Shown here one piece after another: positions 39,501 to 47,678 of a DNA stretch of 64,000 nucleotides. The notes under the pieces were generated by a model. That model was not told the DNA's origin. It worked only from the letters and a program-made list of their open reading frames with translations, and did no database searches. Each line of letters starts with the position of its first letter. Position 1 is the stretch's first letter. Source of the stretch: a virus (Duplodnaviria; Heunggongvirae; Uroviricota; Caudoviricetes); the IMG/VR virus record IMGVR_UViG_3300013126_000009; one strand, written 5' to 3'. The position numbers and the translations under genes were made by a program.

Positions 39501-40342
39501 CACCCACTTCTTGTGTAAGTATGTTTTACAATTGTCTATCATTAGAATTACCACCTAATAATTTAACTTGTACTTCTATTTTATCAGCACTTCAAATGTT
39601 CGCTGGGTGCGCATCATTGAAAGAAAATCTGGTTGGAACATTCTCCGTATGCGCACAGATGTCTTCAATGTATAGTGGATGTAGAAATCTCGTTGAAGTT
39701 TATATGTTTGATATGGGTGCTTGTACACTTACAAGCGGAATGTTTCAGAATTGCTCTGGACTAAGAGTGGTTCCTACATTGGACACATCAAATGTTACCA
39801 ATAATACATTTATGTTTGAGAACTGTTATTCATTGGTATCGGTTGGCAATTTAGACTTTTCATCAGTTACAAGATGGGGTCAACCAAACTCAGGAACATT
39901 CACGAGTTGCTATTCATTGACAGAACTTCCAACTTTAGACTTTGCTGGAACATCGACAGATACGTATGGAAATTATAGGACTTTCCAAAATATGTACTCG
40001 TTAAGAAGGCTTGATATGATAAACACTGGTGCAGTGACTGGTTGGCAAGAATTTGTAAGAAGTTGTTCTGCGTTAGCTGAAATAGGACCTTGTAGTATGA
40101 GTTCAGGTACCAACTTTTCAGCAGCATTCTCTGGTTGCTATAATCTAAGGAGGATGCAAGGTACTGGAATAAAGGTGTCAGTATCATTTAATCAGTGTGC
40201 TTTAGATGCAACAGCAATCGATGAGATATTTACTAATCTGGCAATTGTTGTAGGTCAAACAATAACGGTGTCACAGAACCCAGGCTCTTCAACTTGCAAT
40301 ACAGCAATTGCTACTGGAAAAGGTTGGACAGTAATAATTTAA
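36518..40342 (+). CDS. Putative tail-terminator-like protein (gp15 position) fused to repeats, Ig/PKD-like and LRR (BspA/DUF285-like) domains
   Basis: N-terminal ~245-aa globular domain; 116-aa repeats; VDWGDG motif; many MFxxCxSL repeats. Confidence 0.55.
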   Translation: MALPKGFRNNIKLTSPKIGVPRRQELLDNIADDGTFLPRGVHYKDIDETFIEFVNKELHIEIDGNQVPVIFLTLQRYSEFTKTWQFTDEYKNIKIPFITIVRKPDVQVGTNYNGLYNIPGRPTFTYYKVPTNDGTRVGVDVYKIPQPTSVDITYEVRLFTNKMSDLNLLNEKVQKKFQSRQAYIWPKGHPMPVMLESIGDESNIDDFENRRFYVQPFEMLLAGYILDEDDFEIMPTINRAMVMSEIEVGDGTSTPITDGRNCSGPIVAAQGSVIVKNTNNTVLSVVTCGENYVVGNSLIFNSGNTYSQILPATTNLQLPNVTNYDSDGSAVLTPAMVGFTATTCQPVTIINSGSTYSASTSAGSTFQLPNINVYGNSQLLYSYPSVEDVDVNITNGFDSVGSISGTSYYISASTINNSGNTFNVSIPAESGYTLPNVTNYDSDGSAVLTPAMVGFTATTCQPVTIINSGSTYSASTPSGSIFQLPNINVYGNSQLLYSQPSVEDVNIGITNGFNSVGSVSGTSYYISASTINNSGNTFSISVPAESGYTLPNVTNYDSDGSAVLTPAMVGFTATTCQPVTIINSGSTYSASTSAGSTFQLPNITISNTTGTTITTIPSVENYIIPDVNWTDSDGTNYSTPYGEPISATTCDSLTVSATSSSSTVVFGDTVSFSAISESILTSVDWYVDGIYVGSGINFNWASEYLYGLFDVECVASNGSSEVVSTFQLNIIVRPYERPSDWLDIDSLVSPGDEKIVGLFAVFDSDSNVVAFRCQGNYQVDWGDGTVTTHASNTNAEHSYTYSSISSSTYSTRGYRQVIITITPQAGQTLTRFDVTPYRHSSRTWLYLEQWLDVKLSVPNLSFHQFNGGTNKFFGMLEKYVMIATGLTSYLSLMSGNRSLRHLEVPPITGSYGSILINCGNIEYFNHDFSNATTLSNAFQGSGLRYLEANVPNAVVASAFYQAYSLMNVNITNIIGSCDNMFNQCYSLRKANLTGTPTSCVSMFYNCLSLELPPNNLTCTSILSALQMFAGCASLKENLVGTFSVCAQMSSMYSGCRNLVEVYMFDMGACTLTSGMFQNCSGLRVVPTLDTSNVTNNTFMFENCYSLVSVGNLDFSSVTRWGQPNSGTFTSCYSLTELPTLDFAGTSTDTYGNYRTFQNMYSLRRLDMINTGAVTGWQEFVRSCSALAEIGPCSMSSGTNFSAAFSGCYNLRRMQGTGIKVSVSFNQCALDATAIDEIFTNLAIVVGQTITVSQNPGSSTCNTAIATGKGWTVII
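37420..38330 (+). repeat. Intragenic tandem repeat, 348-bp period, ~2.6 copies
   Basis: TTACCAAATGTAACCAATTATGATAGTGATGGTAGTGCTGT at 37469, 37817 and 38165. Confidence 0.95.
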
Positions 40343-40363
40343 TAGAATTAAAAAATTATAAAT

Positions 40364-40570
40364 ATGGAAGATACATCAGGTTTTTATAAATTAATAGATG
40401 ACCAATGGTTTTTTGGTCCTAATGCAGTACTAGGTCCGTATGGTTCGTGGGAATTACTTCGTGAACTTAAAGACACATACACTTATCCATATGAAGGATG
40501 GACTTGGTATGATGAAGCGCCAATAGAATATATTGAATGGTTAAGTACAATTATTGAACCTTTAAATTAA
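40364..40570 (+). CDS. Small aromatic-rich hypothetical protein (fibre-associated)
   Basis: 68 aa; SGFYKL...DTYTYPYEGWTWYDE. Confidence 0.65.
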   Translation: MEDTSGFYKLIDDQWFFGPNAVLGPYGSWELLRELKDTYTYPYEGWTWYDEAPIEYIEWLSTIIEPLN

Positions 40571-40704
40571 TGGCAACAATCAATTCAATATGTTGTAACA
40601 CTAATTAAAGATATATGAAGAATTTAACATTCAATAAATCTTTTGCCAATTGTCTCATATTTATAATAAAGTATTATAATATCAAATAAAAAATAAAAAA
40701 AATA

Positions 40705-43610
40705 ATGGCTATAGATAGAGTATTCGTAAGTCCAGGTGTTTATACCTCAGAAAAAGACCTTTCATTCGTAACACGTCAAGTTGGTGTTACTACTCTTGGT
40801 CTTGTTGGTGAGACTACTAAAGGACCAGCTTTTCAACCAGTTTTCGTGTCAAACTATGACGAATTCACAACTTTTTTTGGTGGATTGAATCCAACAAAAT
40901 TTAAAGATTCTGGTTACCCACAATATGAATTACCATATATTGCAAAATCATATTTAACACAATCAAACCAATTATTCGTATCAAGAATCTTAGGTTTTTC
41001 TGGTTATGATGCTGGACCAGCTTGGGGTATTGTTTTGGATGCTGCATTGGACCCATCTACAGTTTCAAGTGCATCAACAACAACTTACACAGGAAACACT
41101 GGTAACCCAATGATTACTTATAGTGTTAGCAGTGCTGGAACTGTTACTTACAATGCTGTAAATGACCCGATAATTTCAGCATTATTGGCTGAAGGTCAAT
41201 TGAATAGTTTGACCACATATTTGTCAACAGCTACTTCAGCAACAACAACACTAAACGTTAATACCACTTATCTTAATACACAAAGTAATAACACATTTAG
41301 TGGTGTATCATTCAATGTTACCGTTACTAATACAGTACCACCAAACCCAACTGGTTCAACAGCTTACACTGGTTTTACATCTGGTGTTACTATATCTTAC
41401 ACAGGTACTGGATATGCTGATGTTGAAAATAAATTGGTTGCATTACTTAGGTCAAGAGGCGAATATGATGGTCAAGAAAATATCTTATTTGAAGTTACTG
41501 GTTACACTAACTCAAGTGTAACATTTGTTGAATTTGGTTCAACTCCATCAACCGCAGCATTGGACCCATTAGGTGATTTCTCACTTACTGGTAACGCATT
41601 AACTTTGGGTAACTTCAGTTATGAATGCTCATTTGATACAACTAAACGAAACTATATCGGTAAAGTACTAGGTAGAAATGAAAAAGATGGTAGACCAGCT
41701 TTATTTGTTGAAGAACTTTATCAAAAAATGTTTGATAAATTCGTAAATGAAAATAAAGTTAGAGCAATTAATATTGTATCATTGGTTGATTACACTAACT
41801 CAGTCTCACAAGGTAACCCATTTGATGATTATAAACAAGAATACAAACCAGCGGTTACACCATATGTTGTATCAGAACTTCGTGGTACAAACCTATTGAG
41901 ATTGTTCAGAATGTGGACAATTTCTGATGGTAATTCAGCTAACGAATTGATTAAAATATCAATAACAAATATTAAACCAGATGAAAGAGAGTTTGATATT
42001 GAAATTAGAGCTTTCTATGATACTGACGCTAATAAAGTTGTATTGGAGAAATTCTCTAGATTGACAATGAATCCACAATCTAATAACTTTATCGCTAAAA
42101 GAATTGGTACATAGATGGTGAATACGCATCAAAATCTAATCATATTTTAATTGAACTTGATGATACCAACGATACTAGTGAGGCATTCCCAGCTGGTTTC
42201 GTAGGATTCCCAATCAGAGATTATACTCAATCAACAAATACTAACGTATTAGCACCAAATATCCTTTATAAACAAACTTATGGCGAATTTGAAAACAAAC
42301 GTAAGTATTACTTAGGTCTTTCAAATACTGAAGGTATTGACGCTGATTTCTTTGATTATAAAGGTATTCCAGATAGTCCAGATATCGATATGTGGACTGG
42401 CCTTACAAAAGGTTTCCACATGGACTTTGCAGCTACTGGTGCAACAATTGACGGTGTTGAAATCGTTATCAATAGTTCAGGTGATACCTATTCACCAGTA
42501 TTCTTATTCGATACGGGATGCTGCCCATTCAGAACTGATTTAGGAATTCAAGGTACTGCTTACGAAAAAATATATGCCCGTAAATTTACATTGGCACCAT
42601 ACGGTGGTTTCGATGGTTGGGATGTATATAGAGATAGAAGAACCAATACCGACACATACGCTATTAATGGTGTTAAAGGTCAATTAGGTTTAGATAAAAC
42701 TTTCGAAAATAAAGTTCTTTCTAACGGTGACTTAGGTATTACTTCAGATTACTACGCTTACTTAGAAGGTATTTGGACATTCAGAAACCCTGAAGCTGTT
42801 AACATTAATGTGTTTGCAACACCAGGTATCGATGGATTTGAAAACAGTAATCTTATCGAAGCTTCAATCGAAATGATTGAAGAAGATAGAGCTGACTCAT
42901 GGTATATTATGACAATACCAGACGTTGACGCTGGTGGTGAAGTTCTTACAGCTGAAGATGTATCAGATACTTTAGATGGTTTGTATGATAGTAGCTATAC
43001 TTCTACTTACTTCCCATGGATTCAAGTTAATGATACCGAAAATAACGTTTATATTTGGTTACCACCAACAAGAGACGTTGTTAGAAACACAGCATTAACT
43101 GATAATATCGCTTTCCCATGGTTTGCAGTAGCTGGTATCCAAAGAGGTAACGTGGATGCAATTAAGGCTAGAAAGAAACTTACATTGGATGAAAGAGATA
43201 CATTGTATGCCGCAAGAGTTAACCCAGTTACAACTTTCGCTTCAGAAGGTATTAAAATCTGGGGTAACAAAACAATGCAAGTTAGAGAATCTGCACTTGA
43301 TAGAGTTAACGTTAGAAGACTTCTTCTTCAAGCAAGAAAACTTATTTCTGCTGTATCTATCAGATTGCTATTCGAACAAAACGATGATGTTGTTAGAAAT
43401 CAATTCTTGACCCTTGTTAACCCAATATTGGATAACATTAGAAGTGAAAGAGGTCTTACAGATTTCCGTGTGGTTCTTGTTGATACACCAGAATCTATCG
43501 ATAGAAATGAATTGAATGGTAAGATATTCTTGAAACCTACTCGTTCTCTTGAATATATTTCAATCGAATTCAATATCCTTAATACTGGTGCTTCTTTCGA
43601 GAATGTATAA
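40705..43610 (+). CDS. Contractile tail sheath protein, split by a -1 frameshift near 42111
   Basis: FVSPGVYTSEKDL N-terminus; C-terminal PWFAVAG, IWGNKT, RVNVRRLL, IDRNEL, KPTRSLEYI; the second frame is open from 42099 and is continuous with ORF 42390..43610. Confidence 0.9.
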
Positions 43611-43633
43611 GAATTAAGAAAGATGATAAAAAG

Positions 43634-43663
43634 AAAAAGCCTAGATTATTCTAGGCTTTTTTT
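43634..43663. terminator. Bidirectional intrinsic terminator
   Basis: AAAAAGCCTAGA-TTAT-TCTAGGCTTTTTTT between convergent genes. Confidence 0.8.
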
Positions 43664-44461
43664 GTATTTAAGTGTACCACAATTAGGACATCCATGACCA
43701 TTTATATGTATATAAGGTGATTGTTCAAAATCACCATGTGTCGGACAGTTAATTAAAACTTTATTTCGAATATCTTTATAGTCAACCTTAGAATAATCAT
43801 ATTTGTCTTTATGTACCTCTTTAGCTTTACCTATAAAATCATCAACAGTATAAGTTAATTTTAACTTAACCTCATTATTACCACATTTAGGACAACCCTT
43901 ACCACGTAAATGATTATATGGTTGTTGTTCAAATTCACCATGTTCTTCGCAAATTATTTTAACCTTAGTTTTCGAATCAATATAATCTACTTTAGAATAA
44001 TCATATTTATTACCATGAATTGATTTAGCTTTATTTACGAAACCATCAGTATCATACCGATTTTCGATTGAGGTTTTAAGTGTACCACATATCGGACACC
44101 CTTGACCATTTAAATGATTATGTAATAATTGATAGAAATCACCATGTTTTGGACAATTAATTTTAAGTTTATTAACTGTATCGACTTTAGTTATACTATC
44201 GTAATTGTAAGCATTAGAATGAACTTCTTTAGCTTTTTTGATAAATGACTCAACAGACCACTTAATTTTACCATTGCAATGTATACAACCATTTTTACCT
44301 CTTAAATGTTCCGAAGGTGCTTGGTAAAAGGAGTAATCATGTTTTTTACAACGTATTTTTATTTTGGTTTTTGAATCAATATAATCAATTTCTGAATAAT
44401 CAAATTTATTATTAAATTTTAATTCACATTTATTTATGAATTTTTCTTTACGGTCTATCAT
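43646..44461 (-). CDS. Zn-ribbon repeat protein (DUF723-like, homing-endonuclease-associated), no nuclease domain
   Basis: Four repeats of FIxKAKxVHxxKYDYSKVDY...KxxIxCxxHGxFxQxPxxHLxGxGCPxC. Confidence 0.75.
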   Translation of the reverse strand: MIDRKEKFINKCELKFNNKFDYSEIDYIDSKTKIKIRCKKHDYSFYQAPSEHLRGKNGCIHCNGKIKWSVESFIKKAKEVHSNAYNYDSITKVDTVNKLKINCPKHGDFYQLLHNHLNGQGCPICGTLKTSIENRYDTDGFVNKAKSIHGNKYDYSKVDYIDSKTKVKIICEEHGEFEQQPYNHLRGKGCPKCGNNEVKLKLTYTVDDFIGKAKEVHKDKYDYSKVDYKDIRNKVLINCPTHGDFEQSPYIHINGHGCPNCGTLKYKKSLE

Positions 44462-44523
44462 TTTTTTTAATTTCTAACTATTTATATACAAAGATAATAA
44501 TAAATATTTAAAAAACAAGAAAA

Positions 44524-45012
44524 ATGGCAGACTTATTAATGAAAATGCCCACACCGTATGAGCCTAAAAGAAAGAATAGGTGGCTCTTGAGATTCCCTTC
44601 AGATTTGGGTATTCAAGAGTGGTGGTTAGCTTCAGCTTCTAGACCTACAATTACGCAATCTGACGTTGAAATTCCATTTTTGAACACATCAACTTTCGTG
44701 TTGGGTCGTTTCACTTGGGAAGCTATTGATGTTACTTTTAGGGACGCAATTGGTCCATCTACCGCACAAGCTATTATGGAGTGGGTTCGATTAGGTTCTG
44801 AATCAATTACTGGTAGACAAGGTTATGCCGCTGGATATAAAAGAGATGTTTATCTTGAAATGCTTGACCCAACTGGCGTTGTCGTTGAGAAATGGGAACT
44901 TCAAGGTACAATGTTAACAACTGTTAACTTTGGAGACTTAGGTATGGATGATGACGGTATTGCTGAAATTACCGCCACGCTTAGGTTTGACCGCGCTATA
45001 CTTTTGTTCTAG
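44524..45012 (+). CDS. Tail tube protein (T4 gp19-like)
   Basis: YEPKRKNRW, GRFTWEAIDVTFRD, MEW, GYAAGYKRD, W.L.G, LRFD; follows the sheath. Confidence 0.85.
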   Translation: MADLLMKMPTPYEPKRKNRWLLRFPSDLGIQEWWLASASRPTITQSDVEIPFLNTSTFVLGRFTWEAIDVTFRDAIGPSTAQAIMEWVRLGSESITGRQGYAAGYKRDVYLEMLDPTGVVVEKWELQGTMLTTVNFGDLGMDDDGIAEITATLRFDRAILLF

Positions 45013-45024
45013 CAGAATCGCCCC

Positions 45025-45094
45025 ATCAAAAACAGTACTTGCTTTACTTTTTACATATTTATTTATATATTTGTGTAAAGAGTAAAGCATTTTT
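45025..45094 (+). terminator. Repeat copy 1: terminator hairpin containing a promoter
   Basis: 31-bp direct repeat 45025-45055; 18-bp stem 45040-45057/45072-45089 plus U-tract; TTTACT-N17-TATATTTG inside. Confidence 0.75.
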
Positions 45095-45097
45095 ATT

Positions 45098-45991
45098 ATG
45101 GAAAAAATTATTTGTATAGATTGTAATAGAGATTTTAAAAGTTTAGATTCATTAAGACGTCATAGGTCTCAGGTTCATAACATATCATCTGAGCAGACCT
45201 ATATTGATTATAAGTTAAATGGTGTTAGACCAACGTGTGAATGTGGTTGTGGTGAGAATACCAGTTTTTTGTCGTTTGGTAAGGGTTTTGTTGATTACGT
45301 TCTTGGTCATGCATCAAGAGTTCATAACAATTGGGGTCATAATCCAAAGGCGATTAAAAAATCTCATGAGACACAAAAAAAGATGTATGAATCTGGAGAA
45401 TTGACCGTTTGGAATAAAGGTTTAACGATTGATGACCCTAGAATTAAGGATAATATTGAAAAGATGTTATCAAATCCAGATAGGGGTAAGAATATATCTA
45501 AAGCTTTGACCAATAAACCAAAATCAAAAGAACATAAAGAAAATTTATCAAGGGTAGCTAAAGAGCGATGGGCTGACCCAAAAGAAAGAGAAAAACAAAG
45601 TAATAGACGTATGTTGTGGATGCGTGAAAACGATTATACTGTTAAGTCTAAATTGGAAGAAGTTATAAATAATATGTTAATAGACGTTGGATTAGTTGAG
45701 AACGTTGACTATATAAGACAATATTATGTTAGACCAATTAAATCTTATTTTGATTTCAAAATTATTAAAAACAATGCATTAATTGAGGTTGATGGTGATT
45801 TTTGGCATTGTAATCCAGATACTGATTTTAACGAACCATTATATGAATGTCAATTTAAGAATTTAGAAAAAGATAAAATTAAAAATGACTGGTGTCATGA
45901 AAATAATATTACTTTAATCAGGTTTTGGGAATCGGACATTAACAATAACATTAAGAATGTTAAGTCTATATTGAAGACTGTATTAACTTAA
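45098..45991 (+). CDS. Putative endonuclease (C2H2 Zn finger + CxCGCG + NUMOD3-like + Vsr/DUF559-like domain)
   Basis: CIDCNRDF..L..H...H, CECGCG, WNKGLT, SKLE...FDF...IEVDGDFWH...D..K...LIRFWESDI. Confidence 0.78.
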   Translation: MEKIICIDCNRDFKSLDSLRRHRSQVHNISSEQTYIDYKLNGVRPTCECGCGENTSFLSFGKGFVDYVLGHASRVHNNWGHNPKAIKKSHETQKKMYESGELTVWNKGLTIDDPRIKDNIEKMLSNPDRGKNISKALTNKPKSKEHKENLSRVAKERWADPKEREKQSNRRMLWMRENDYTVKSKLEEVINNMLIDVGLVENVDYIRQYYVRPIKSYFDFKIIKNNALIEVDGDFWHCNPDTDFNEPLYECQFKNLEKDKIKNDWCHENNITLIRFWESDINNNIKNVKSILKTVLT

Positions 45992-46004
45992 TGTAAAAGG
46001 TCTT

Positions 46005-46077
46005 ATCAAAAACAGTACTTGCTTTACTTTTTACAGGTTCGTTATTAGAATTTGTGGAAGGTAGAGCATTTTTTTTT
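46005..46077 (+). terminator. Repeat copy 2: terminator hairpin containing a promoter
   Basis: 31-bp direct repeat 46005-46035; 21-bp stem 46020-46040/46048-46068 plus T9; TTTACT-N17-TAGAAT inside. Confidence 0.75.
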
Positions 46078-46115
46078 AAAAATGTTTCATTACCAGTATT
46101 TAATGTAAAAGAGTT

Positions 46116-46394
46116 ATGGATAGAAATTACAGGTTATTGACTAAACAACAAATCTATGAGAGGTTTGATGTTGAATATATCAAAAAGTTAATTGAGTATT
46201 CTGATATAAAGAATCCGATAAAAACCAAGACAATAATACACAAGGCTTTGTTTGAGGAATTCGGTGGTGATAATGAACCTAAAAAGTTAAACGAATTAAA
46301 GGATATTGAACAGATTGACGATACTGAAACTATTCAGATTCCAAAAGCTTTATTTGATGAGATGATGAAGTTTTTAAATAACAATAAGAAATAA
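46116..46394 (+). CDS. Hypothetical protein
   Basis: 92 aa ORF. Confidence 0.65.
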   Translation: MDRNYRLLTKQQIYERFDVEYIKKLIEYSDIKNPIKTKTIIHKALFEEFGGDNEPKKLNELKDIEQIDDTETIQIPKALFDEMMKFLNNNKK

Positions 46395-46404
46395 AAGTTT
46401 TATA

Positions 46405-47388
46405 ATGTCTGACACAAAACCAAATGTTTTTCCGCAGAATGGTGGGAAAGCATCAAGTGAAACTAATGATGCTGGGATACCTGGTGTTTTTGAAATACCA
46501 GAGGAACAAAGAAAGGCGGCTGAGGAGTTAAAAAGAAGAGCTGATGAAGAAGTTGCTGCAAGAAAAGCTGCTATGGAAGCAAGTAAAGTTATTGAGCAAC
46601 CAAAAGAGGTTGTTAATGTAAATGTCAAAAAAGCGGAATTACATCCATTGGCTGAACCTAAGTGGGATGCGGCATTTGATTTGGTTCCATTACCATCAAA
46701 GGGTAAACTATATAAAGGTGTACGGGAAAGTGTTAAGGTTTCATATATGACAGGTTCTGATGAGAATATTTTAACGTCACCTAATTTGGTTCAGAGTGGT
46801 AAATTCTTGGAAATATTAATAAGTAGAAACTTATTAGAGCCAAATTTAAAGTATAAGGATTTGCATGTTGGTGATAGAAACGCTTTGATGATTTGGTTAA
46901 GGGCCAGTGCGTTTGGTAATATTTATAATGTTTCGGTATACAATGATAAATATGAACCTGTTGAGGGTGAGGTTGATTTATCTGAATTGAAGTATAAACC
47001 ATTGGGTGCTGAGCCAGATGAGAATGGTTTATTTGATTTCAAATGTCCTGTTAGTGGTGATATGTTAAAATTCAAGTTTTTAACAGCTGGTGATGAGGAT
47101 GAGATTGAAGCCAAATTAGCTGAAGAAACTAAGAACGGTGTTGAGGTTAATAACCGTTCAACTTATACATTACATAAACAAATTGTTGGTATTAATGGTG
47201 ATTTTAATAGTTCAAATGTAAAGAAGTTCATTGAGAATATGCGAATAGGTGATATAAAAGCCTTTAGAAAGTATGTAGATAACATAGAGTCAGGTATCGA
47301 CTTACAGGTACAAGTTCGGACAAGTGGGGGTGAGTCCATTTCTACATTTCTTCCCATTGAGTCAAGCTTTTTTTGGCCTGAACTCTGA
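46405..47388 (+). CDS. Tail assembly chaperone / T4 gp26-like baseplate hub assembly protein
   Basis: VPLPSKGKLY, MTGSDENILTS, GDRNALMIWLR, C-terminal FFWP; located between the tube and tape measure genes. Confidence 0.7.
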   Translation: MSDTKPNVFPQNGGKASSETNDAGIPGVFEIPEEQRKAAEELKRRADEEVAARKAAMEASKVIEQPKEVVNVNVKKAELHPLAEPKWDAAFDLVPLPSKGKLYKGVRESVKVSYMTGSDENILTSPNLVQSGKFLEILISRNLLEPNLKYKDLHVGDRNALMIWLRASAFGNIYNVSVYNDKYEPVEGEVDLSELKYKPLGAEPDENGLFDFKCPVSGDMLKFKFLTAGDEDEIEAKLAEETKNGVEVNNRSTYTLHKQIVGINGDFNSSNVKKFIENMRIGDIKAFRKYVDNIESGIDLQVQVRTSGGESISTFLPIESSFFWPEL

Positions 47389-47644
47389 TTATAGAGCCAA
47401 TTGGGAAGAGGAACTTTATATCTGTAGAAAGCATATAGGGTGGTCTCGTCAGGATTTAATGGATATGTCTATAAACAGTAGACGTTATCAGATTCACTTG
47501 CTTAAAACTGAAAATAGGGCAAGAGAGGAGCATTATGAGAATATGCGAAGGGAGCATAGCAATTCTGCCAAAGGTAGAAGAACCAGAAGTATCAGTGGTG
47601 AAGAGTTAAAGAGTAAATTGCGAAATGGTGAGATAAATGCCTAA
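47368..47644 (+). CDS. C-terminal extension of the tail chaperone, probably expressed by +1/-2 frameshift
   Basis: +1-frame ORF FFGLNSDYRANWEEELY... begins at a T7 run and has no convincing start of its own. Confidence 0.65.
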
Positions 47645-47678
47645 TTAAACATATTTACATTTAAATGATATATTAATT

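Noticed and set aside
37420-40342. Diversity-generating retroelement or CRISPR array
   Set aside because: The repeats are in-frame tandem protein repeats with mostly synonymous, non-adenine-specific differences. I found no reverse transcriptase, template repeat or repeat-spacer structure in the window.
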